Assembly: GCF_036321535.1 (NCBI RefSeq) | Contig: NC_087437.1 | Coordinates: 40,426,001 to 40,490,000 of the forward strand | Direction: 5' to 3' | From: Camelus dromedarius | Taxonomy: Eukaryota | DNA: 64,000 nucleotides | Shown: one piece after another, positions 54,750 to 64,000 of the stretch | Layout: each line of letters opens with the position of its first letter | Position numbering within the stretch: position 1 is the stretch's first letter | Notes under the pieces: generated by a model | What the model was told of the DNA's origin: nothing | The model's input: only the letters and a program-made list of their open reading frames with translations | Database searches by the model: none | Position numbers and translations under genes: made by a program

Positions 54750-55570
54750 CCCCCGTCCTATCTCAAGCCTTGCTCCCTCTGGGAGTTGGCCAGGTTTCCC
54801 CAGTTGAGATCCTAGTGTCTCACCTGCAGGCCCTTACTTTCTCTTGCCTAGGGTCTTACTCGTTTGGGGGAGGGGGTCTGTAACCAAGACGTGAAAAGTT
54901 CTGATTAGACTGTTAAATTAAAATTTTTAAGAGTATTTAAAATACACCAAAAGCCTATGTAAACTGCAGAAAGTGAGATGGAAGAAAATACCACGAAGGT
55001 TGGATCCTGAGGTCTCAGAATAAAGGAAATGCCATGATAGCTGGAGGGCTTGTTACCTGGGACACATTGCAGTTTGGGGGTCTGAGCCAGGAGTCCCTCT
55101 CTTAAGCTCAAAGATAGTGTTCCAAATGCCCATGAGGTGTGTGGTTAATCATCCTGATTACCCTATGAATATCATTCTTTACTTTAACTGGAGTTTACTG
55201 AGCACTTAGTAGGGATTGCAGACCTGAATATTGCAGGGAACAAGCAGGAATGGATGCCAGTTTGCTAATATGGTTTTATATTATATACGTGTCGCAATTA
55301 CTCCAAGCAGGATTGTTAGACAGTAGATAGAAATGAGCACTGGGCAGGGGGAGAAGAAGGGGAAAGGAAAACCCAGAAAGTGGCAAGTGTGTCTGCATTT
55401 AGGAAAAAGGACTCCAGAAATTTTTACTTTCTCTAAATGAGGGCCAGTAAAAGAAGCCAGTTAAAATCAAAGCACTGCAGCTGTGTATAAGAGAAGGCCG
55501 TGGTATAACTTGACCCAATGAACCTGCCCAAAAGGGGATGGATGTGCCAGAGCACAGGGAACCTGGGTTG

Positions 55571-55608
<38 letters not shown>
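55571..55608. repeat. (TCAA)n tetranucleotide microsatellite
   Basis: About 9 perfect units. Confidence 0.95.
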
Positions 55609-55609
<1 letters not shown>

Positions 55610-56731
55610 CAAAAACACCCTAGGCCAGGATATGAAACGGAAAAACAAAGGAGCTGCGCCATTTTTTCCTCTCTCGGATTGGCCTGCTCCCAATTCTCAG
55701 GAGTGTACTATCTTTTACTATTTTTTTTTAACTTCACTAATAAAAATCTTACTTATATCACGCTTTTTGTCTCTCGTCAAAAAAAAATTTTTTTTCGGGT
55801 GACTGAGAACCGAGGTAATTCTTATTTCCCTTTTCCCGGTAACAGAATGAGACAGACATGTAAAATTGAGTGAAAGAAGTCCCTGTCTTCCAACAAGTCT
55901 TAATCTAGAGAGTGAAGTGAGATTTGTAGAAATATCCACACAATCTAAATGTTCTGATACAGATTCAGGTAAGTGCTTTGGATACTTTAAGTCAAAGGAA
56001 TAAAAAGTATTTACTGTCCTTCACAGAGAAAAGCATACTGATCACAAACAATATATTCTTTTTGCGTTTTTTTAACATGGTGGAGTAGCATTCAAGAACT
56101 GAAAAATGAAGTAGTGATAGAAATTCATCACAAAGTGTGATGTGGTCTAATGAAAAGTATGCTTAATCTTTAAAATCCTGTGATGAGGCTCCCCTGAGGG
56201 AGGGAAAAGAATACTTCCTATGTAAACTAAATTGACCCTTTACCGTTTTTTTCCCGTATGATAACACTGTCTCTTTGCCTTATTTTCCCATCTGAAAGCA
56301 GTGCCCTTCCTGCTACTCCTAGGAGAACTCACTGAGAAAGTTCTCTTTGAAAAGTCCCCATAGGTGCTTAAAAATGAGATATTACTACTTTTTCTTTTCT
56401 GACTACTTATATGATATTATTGTCATTCAACTCTCAAGAATCAACTATTTATTGGTATTACTGAAATTTTTGTTTACTAAAACAAAACTGAAGAAAGCAG
56501 TCTTAGACTTAAACATGAAAAATATGTAATTCAAAGGAATGTTTGGAATAAATGGGCCAAAATTGTTCCTTTTCATCTCTTTCCTTTGAACCTCTAAGGC
56601 CTATGTCTATATTGCCATCTCACACAGATTGGCTTTAAAAGTCAGACCATATATTAGGTAAAGTCAGGTTGGTGCTACTTTTTAAAAACATTTCAAAACC
56701 CAATATTTATTGTAACAACAACTAGTATTTG

Positions 56732-57184
56732 TGTAATAGAAAAGAACAAATCTGACTCCATATTAGATCTGCTCCTCTGGCTTTAACCCTGTGCCCTGTT
56801 TTCTAGGCTTAGTCTTGCTAGCTCTGCACTTTTTGTAAAAGGATATTAACACTTACGCACTTATATAAAGATAACAACTTGCAGAATAGAAAATAACATT
56901 TGTTTTGTTGGAGGTTTGGATCTGACCCAACTGTGGATAGCTGCAAGAACAAAGAATTCCTACACCAAGAAGTTTGCAACAACCAACAACACCTCCTCCC
57001 CCCACCTTTTTTAGTTTAAAAGGAGCCTGTATTCTGACTTGAGGAAGATGATTCTTCAAGACATTAGTCTGCCATCCTCTCGGTCTGCCGGCTTTCCAAA
57101 TAAAGTCGCTATTCCTTGCCCCCACACATCTTCGATTGATTGGCCTGTCATGCGGCGAGCAGAATGAGTTTGGACTCGGTAACA
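56732..57184 (+). mobile_element. ERV1-class solo LTR (453 bp)
   Basis: TG...CA termini, perfect 4-bp TSD TTTG (56728-56731 / 57185-57188), AATAAA at 57099-57104, retained CpGs. Confidence 0.85.
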
Positions 57185-57310
57185 TTTGTATAGCCTTCTA
57201 CTAAGAGCAGAGGATTTCCACAGATTCATTTGATCTTCACAACAACCCTAGTTATCACTTTCGCTTAGCACAAAAGTATACTGAGGCTAAAGGTGATTAA
57301 ATGCCTACCG

Positions 57311-57348
57311 TGACTCTGTTGGAATGTAATGACTCTGTTGGAATGTAA
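57311..57348. repeat. Perfect 19-bp tandem duplication
   Basis: tgactctgttggaatgtaa twice. Confidence 0.95.
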
Positions 57349-57908
57349 CAGAAATCGGGGTTCTAACATAAACTTTCCATGACCAAAGCCAGGTTTTCTT
57401 CACTGCATCATTCCGCAAGCCACTTGGTGAGATGTTAGAGGAGACAAAGTATGAAGAAGGACTACTTCTAGAAATTTATCATCACTTATCTTATGAAACA
57501 GAGGAAAGTCTTTTACCTCTTTGTGATGCCTGTGGGAAAGATTTATGTGTCATGCTAACAGGTTGAACTTCTTTCTAAAGTTTCCAGGAAATGTTGCTTT
57601 GGAGAAATGCTAGCATCCTATTCGATTTTAGAAAAATTCCTCTAGCAATGATGTATTGGAGGAAACTGAAACTAGAGACAGGGAAACTACTGGGAAACTG
57701 TATTAACCCTTAGAGAAACAAGGGCTACAGAAATGGAAAAGAGGACTAGATAAAATTTTTGTTCCTCGCACTTCAAGTCCTCAGTAACTACATGTAGCTA
57801 GTGGCAACTGTATTGTACAGTGAAGATACAAAACATTCCCATCATTATAGACAGCTATTGGACAGGGTAGTCTGCATGCCAGATCAGGGATTGGCAAACT
57901 ATTACTTC

Positions 57909-58110
57909 TGTCTTAGTTTGGGCTGCTATAACAGATACCACAGACTGGGTGGCTTAAACAACAAACACCTATTTCTCTCAGTTCTGGAGGCTGGGAAGTT
58001 CAGGATCAAGGCGCAGGCAGATTCAGTGTCCAGTGAGAGCCCTCTTCCTGTTTCCAGAGGGCCACCTTCTCGCTGTATCCTTGCACGGTGGACAGAGAAG
58101 GCAGTGGACC
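57909..58110 (-). mobile_element. MLT1A-like LTR, 3' half only
   Basis: tgtcttagtttgggctgctataacagataccacagactgggtggcttaaacaac is the reverse complement of an MLT1 3' end. Confidence 0.8.
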
Positions 58111-58119
58111 ATGGGCATT

Positions 58120-60150
58120 TGGGCCACTTCTTCGTGTAACTCACTTGTGCCTTCAAGGTCTGCTCGGCCCTAGCATGTATAGTCCACTTCCATTCGATGA
58201 TGGGATGCTGCTATGCACACCCAACTTCATGGCCTGGCTCATCAGACAACACTCAGTTCATGGCAGCTCAGGTTGCATGGTAACTTGGTGACCATAGTTA
58301 AGCACTCAGCCTCTACTAAATTGAGCATTCAGTCTCTAGTTGAGCATTTAGTCTCTACCAAGTTCCAGTAAAAGGCCAAGGAGAGTTATTATCTGCAGAG
58401 AATGGCAGGGATTTGTTCCAAAATCCGAAGGCCCTGTGCTGTGATTCACCTATAGGGGCTGCCAAAGGCTCCAAATGGAGCCTTCTCTACCTGTCTCTAC
58501 CACGTAGTTTGAAGTAACACACCCAAATGAAGAATATGCAGTCTCCAAAATCCAAGGATGCCCTCTAGGTGTTATGCTTCTTTTTTGTTTATAGGAGGGG
58601 CCAGAAGCAACAATTTACCCTTCACTTAGAAGGAATATCTCAACATGTCCCACACCTCTGGACCCTCTAGAAATTTCATTGACATAGAAGAAGAAATTTC
58701 ACTGAATTTTGGTCAGATGTATTTCCCACCCTCTGATATGCAAATATCTTACCCATAAGTCTAGAGTAGTTGCTACTTATTGCTTACTGTATCTGATCAT
58801 CAGTATAATGGACCAGTGAGATATGTTGTGGAAGAAAAATGTGATCAAGTTTCTTGTGAACTAATGGCATTGTAGGGCTGGAGAGTTGATTTAGCCCTGA
58901 TGTAGGATTGTGAAGGTGGATTGCTGGCTCTGCCAGCTGAAAACAAACCACTTCTGGTGGTCTTTACTAATAGGTATCAAGAAAAGAGCATTTGCCAGAT
59001 CAATAGCTGTATGCCAGGGGATGTATTAATTTGCTCAAGCAGTAAAACCACATCTGGTATAGCAGTTGCAATTGAAGTCACCACCTGGTTAAGCTTACAG
59101 TAATCCACTGTCATTCTCCAAAATCCATCTGCCTTCTGCATAGGTCAGACAGGCAAGTTGAATGGGGAGGCAGTGGCACTAATCTCTGCAATCCCTGCAG
59201 GTGTACAGTATTGCTTTTAGTTTACTATTTCCCTAGGTAGAGGCAAGTCTACTGGCTTCCACTTGGCCTTTCTCTCCATAATAGCCCTCACTCCACAGGC
59301 CAGGGAACTGATGTAGGGATTCTGCCAGGTGCTCAGTATATCTATTCTAATTATGCATTTCAGGACTGGGAAAATAACCACAAGATGGGTTTGGGGAACC
59401 ACTGGGCCCATTGTGAGACAGACTTGAGATAAAACTCCATCGATCACCTGACTTCCATAAGCCCCTCCTCTGACTGGTGGACCACAGTGATGTTTGATCT
59501 CCTGGAATTAGTGTCAGTTCAGAGCCAGTGTCAATAGTCCCCAAATGGTCTGATTATTTCCTTTTCCCCAATGCACAGTTACCCTACTAAAAAGTTGTAG
59601 GTCTCTTTGGTGAAATCTGAGGAAATAGATATAAATATGTTATAAAGATATATAAAACTATACAAATTTTTGCTGGTGTACCAGTGTCCTTCCTCTAGGG
59701 GATGTGGCCTCCTCTTTATTTAAGAGATTCTGAGGTCTGTAAACTGGCTCCAGTCTGGGAAATGATTGAAGGGATATGACTCCATTTTAATGATTCCGGT
59801 TAGACTTTTGTTTACTTGACCTGGAACTTTTCAACTGATATAGTCAGTTCAAGTAAGAATTTAGTCAGTTTCCTATCCATTTCACTTCTAGGAACATCAT
59901 GATCAACCAGCTAATGACATAGGTCCGCATAAGTCAGACTGAGTGTTGTCAGACTCTGCTGTCCGCCGTGGTAACCATGCCTACCTTGCCTTTCGCAGTT
60001 GAGTGCTGCCACTTGGCCCCTGCTACCCTAGGATCCAGTTACTCCTATTGCATTTAGGTTTCCCAGTGCAGTGCCTGCAGTTCCCACTGTAAAGTCTGGC
60101 CTACAGAGAAGAACGATCCCAGAGCCCTTCAGGGATGCCAGAGCCCCCTT
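58120..60150 (-). pseudogene. Decayed ERV-L gag-pro-pol remnant
   Basis: Minus-strand motifs: protease DTGSELTLIPGD (~59535), [35 protein letters not shown] (~59128), AIDLANA (~59005), LVHYTDD (YTDD 58807-58796); many stops and frameshifts. Confidence 0.88.
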
Positions 60151-60157
60151 TACAAGC

Positions 60158-60513
60158 CACTATGGACTGAATGTTTGTGTCCCCTCAGCATTCAAATGTT
60201 GAAGCCCCAGTCCCCAGTGTGATGGTATTTAGAGCCTTTGGGAGGTATTTAGGTCATTAGGGTGGAACCTTTCTAAATGGGATTAGTGCTCTTATAAGAA
60301 GAGAAATGAGAGAGATGATCTCTCTCCACCGTATGAGGATACAGCAACAAGGTGGCCATTGTCTGCAAACCAGGAAGAAGGTTCTCACCAGACATATCTG
60401 CCAGCACCCTGGTTTGGGACTTTCCAGCCTCTAAAACTGTGAGACATGATTGTTTGTTGTTTAAGCCACCCAGTCTATGGTATTTATTATAGCAGCCAAC
60501 ACAGACTAACACA
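60158..60513 (+). mobile_element. MLT1A-like LTR, full length
   Basis: ctatggactgaatgtttgtgtcccc...ttgtttaagccacccagtctatgg...gactaacaca. Confidence 0.85.
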
Positions 60514-62072
60514 AGCCCACAGGCCAAATCCAGCCTGCCACATGTTTTTGTACGGCCCTCAAGTTAAGAATGTCTTTTTACATTTTCTAACAATTGAAAA
60601 AAGTATCACAGGAAGAAAAATATTTTTGGGACAAGTGAGAATTATGTGAAATTTATATTTCAGTGTTCATTAAAAAGGTCTTACTGGAACATCGTAACGC
60701 TTATTCATTTATCTACAGCTATTCATCATCTACTGCTGCTTTTGTGCTGCAAAGGCAGAGCTGAGTAGTTGCAACAGTCACAGTAACGGTCCACTTACTC
60801 TCTGGCCCTTTACAGAAAAAGCATGCTGACCTGTATTCTACATCACTGATCGCCTGGCGCTGCACCCTTTCAGGGCAGTTAATAGAACACATACACTGTC
60901 CTATGCCCCAACTCAACTGTGACTGCTCTCATAATATCCTGTATGGTGAGCCAAAAATTTCAGCGACCCAAATTTGAATACTGGTAAAGTAGTGAGCCAC
61001 CTTGGGTCAGTGATTGAACTGCTTTAAGTTTTAGTTTTAGAACATGGAAAAAAAAAAAAAGGAACAACACCTTACAAGATTGTTGAACAGTCTTAAAAAA
61101 CCAAATGTAGAGTCTACAGAAGTCCTTTTTTTTTTTTTTTTAACTTTATATCAAGGACTTCCTTCACCTGGATTTGGTCAATAAATGCTGAGTATGCCTA
61201 ATTTGCAATAGGTTTTAAATGCTTGTTGAGGGAATGACTGCTTGAATATTTGGAGGAATGAGACAGAAAATTCTAGTGTATCCTATAGATTGGAATGACA
61301 CAATGTGTGGACTTGCTTTCTCTTTTACTTAAAAATAATATATCAAAACCAGATAGTTTTACTAAACCAAATATTATTGAAACTGAAAAGACAGTCTAGT
61401 CCCGCCATCTCTCATCTACTTTTGCAATAATCAGTATGTTAATCATATACTTATCACTCTTATCTTCCCTCCTTGTGTACCTGTGGGTGGCACTGAACTG
61501 AGTGTGCTCTATCTCCCCAGGTGCTGAATAGTAGAAACATGGAGGTGTTAAACTCAGAAAGGACATTAGATGTCATGTGACCCACACTGAGGAAATCCAT
61601 GCCAGAAGCAAAATTTGAACTCTGATCTCCTAATTTCCTAACCCCCCCAAGTCCAGAGTTTTTTGCCTTGTGCCACATAGCCTTACTTCAAGCGTGTAGG
61701 TGCTTGATAAACACTTGAAGCTGCTCTATGTACTTTCACTTCCTGTCCGCTTTTATCCATAGTGTTTCCATAGCATTGTGGCAGCCTGGAAGAGCTGTTA
61801 TAAGCAAGGGCCATAGAATCAGACAAACTTAGATTTGAATCCTGGCTCTGTCACTCGCTAGCTGTATGACCTCTTGCAATCCCGTCAGCCCCACCTTCAA
61901 AAGATAACCTCATATCTAGCCATACTACCATGAACACGCATGAATTTATCAGACTGCAAACCAAATCAATCTGACATGTCTCACCACCACCGTAGTTATC
62001 AGCCGAAGCCAAGCCACCATCTCTTCTCCCCTGGTCTGTGATAGGCTCCTGACAGGTCACCCTACTTCTATT

Positions 62073-62200
62073 TTGGGGGGAGGAGATTAGGTTTATTTAT
62101 TTATTTAATTAATTTATTTAATGGAGGCACTGGGGATTGAACCCAGGACCTCGTGCATGCTAAGCATGCACTCTACCACTGAGCTATACCCTCTCTCTGG
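62073..62200 (-). mobile_element. tRNA-Ala(AGC)-derived SINE (vic-1-like) with TSD
   Basis: 62193-62122 reads GAGGGTATAGCTCAGTGGTAGAGTGCATGCTTAGCATGCACGAGGTCCTGGGTTCAATCCCCAGTGCCTCCA, then an (AAAT)n tail; TSD cctMcttctatt at 62061 and 62201. Confidence 0.85.
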
Positions 62201-64000
62201 CCTCCTTCTATTCTTGTCCTCCACAGTCTATTCAGTAAGCGTCCACAACTGTAAATCAGATGATGTCACTGTCCTGCTCAAATCGTCCAGTAGCTGTGCA
62301 TCATGCTGAGCGGGGAGACCTGAGTTTTTTCTCGCACACTCTTCTCCAGCCACGCTGGCTTTTGGCTTTTCCTCCTCACACTTGCTACTTCCCCAGCTGG
62401 GCAAACCTCTCACATAGATCTCACATCCTGACTTCATCCAGGACTCTGCTCAAGTATCTTCTCCTGAGAACACACTCCCCACCACCTAACCCAACATGGC
62501 CTTCTCATCACTTTCTGTCCCTTAGCTCATTTCACTTTTCTTCCTAACACTTCAATGCTCCAGACATTATGTTATGTACATATTTTTTTATTTATTTACT
62601 ACTCTTATCAACCCTCAGGTTGTAAGTTGCTCATTTTGTTCACTGCTATATTCCTAGTTCTTTAAACATTAAGGGCTTGATAAATATGCATTGAATTAAT
62701 GAAGTTACTTAACCTCTCTAATCCTCAGATTGCTAATCTGAAAAATGGGGACGTTTACCACAGTTATTGTAGAGGTTAAATAAAAAATGAAATAATGTAT
62801 TTAAACAGTAGAGCATAATAAATGTTCACTAAGCATAGGTGTTATTATTGATTACCTTTTTGGGTTATTTTGCAACATATGCTTAGAGTAAGGGAAAACA
62901 ATCCTTCTATCATATTTCCAAAAGTTATGCATTTTTTATAAGGCAGTCCTTACTTTTAAGTTAATTATATTATACATTATTTTTTAACTTGATTACACTG
63001 TATTTTAAAATATTTTGTGTCTATATCTGAGAATAGATTTTTGCCTGTGTGCTCCTAACGTATTAAACAGTGTCATATCAGTTTCATATTCAGTCTTAAT
63101 TGTAATATTCTAATTATGGTAGATAAGTCTCACAATTACATAAAATGCCAGAGACAAGAGGAGGCAGAACAAAATACATTACAGGGAATAAGCAAAGCTA
63201 GTGAAGAGGGATGAAAAGTTGGGGGGAAGTTTTGTGACAGAAACAAAAGTACAGAGTTTGATTTTAATATTTATCTTTAGTAAATCCTGAATACAAAATT
63301 GTGCAAAACTCTAAATAATGCAGAAATACATATGAAACAGAAAGTGAGAGTCCACTATAATCCACTCTTTCCGTGTCTTTCCGTGTTTATAGCCTATTTT
63401 ATATTCTTTCTGATTTCCTATGTACTGACATACATATGTGTATGTATCTCTTTTAGCAAAGTGGTATTGGAATATATATACTCTTCTGCACTTAACCGTA
63501 TATTTTTCTATATCACTGCAAATGGTTTCCTTCCAGTTCTTCAAAGATGCCAAACTTTGCTTACTTCAGAGCCTTCCATACCATCCTGGAATATTCTTTC
63601 TCATATTTTGCAAATCTAATTCCTTATTTCCCTCTAATTCTCAGCATAAATGTCATTTCTTTAAGTAATTTTTTTCCCTGAACAATATTCCTCCCCACCA
63701 TTATTCTCTGTTACTACACAGTACTTATTTCCCTTGGAGCAGGTGCCACAGTTTGTAATTGTGCTTGTTCACCTATTTTCTTGCCTACTTTTTCTCTCTA
63801 AACTGTGAATCTGTCTCATGAGGACAGGGAACAAAACTGTTTAGTTTATTACTCATACTCAGTGCCTCACACAGTGCTAGGCACATAGTAAGCTCTCAAT
63901 AAATGTGTTGGAAAAAATAAGTTTGCAAGTAACACACTGAAAAAGGTGTATTTGGTCTTTCACTTCTTATCCATGATGGATAGAGCATTGCCTTCTTTTT

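Larger units (their letters stand above)
53930..54760. promoter_or_regulatory. CpG island spanning the PHC3 promoter, exon 1 and the start of intron 1
   Basis: Sharp rise in GC and CpG density against an AT-rich, CpG-poor background; encloses the start codon. Confidence 0.92.
57886..60833 (+). mobile_element. MER58B split by the LTR/ERV-L block (57886-57902 and 60514-60833)
   Basis: cagggattggcaaactat joins agcccacaggccaaatccagcctgcc...tggccctttacagaaaaagcatgctgacctg. Confidence 0.75.

Noticed and set aside
53933..54807. Several 60-150 aa ORFs in the CpG island
   Set aside because: Arg/Pro/Gly-rich frames are expected from stop-poor GC-rich DNA; no recognisable domain
58120..60150. Intact or domesticated retroviral pol gene
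   Set aside because: Multiple stops, frameshifts and deletions; only short motifs remain
62122..62193. Functional tRNA-Ala gene
   Set aside because: Acceptor-stem mismatch, SINE-type tail and TSD indicate a retroposed SINE
282..63668. Remaining short ORFs in the track (e.g. 282..608, 2858..3190, 36528..36854, 63299..63619)
   Set aside because: Lie in AT-rich intronic or repeat DNA, many with non-ATG starts; composition fits random ORFs

Overview
Mammalian genomic DNA, probably camelid, judging from tRNA-Ala(AGC)-derived vic-1-like SINEs and short cetartiodactyl-type L1 3' ends. The window holds the 5' part of PHC3 (polyhomeotic homolog 3, a canonical PRC1 subunit) on the minus strand. I traced 11 coding exons with GT-AG junctions and consistent phases from the ATG at 54612 down to 5377 (2356 nt, 785 codons plus 1 nt). 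The exons for the FCS zinc finger and SAM domain lie beyond the left edge. A CpG-island promoter with NRF1, YY1, GC-box and E-box motifs sits at about 53.9-54.8 kb. The introns and upstream region are rich in L1, L2, MIR, MaLR/ERV and MER repeats. I see no novel prokaryote-style system. The best leads concern post-transcriptional control of PHC3: (i) a strong-context upstream AUG opening a spliced 65-aa overlapping ORF, (ii) a candidate poison/terminal exon in intron 8 next to a hairpin and a ~220-bp tandem duplication, (iii) exon junctions that recreate 5' splice sites, and (iv) a stop-free 258-nt exon 5-6 unit that could circularise. Upstream there is also an odd inverted-LTR/ERV-L composite nested in a MER58. 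Repeat family names come from recalled consensus motifs, not from a search.
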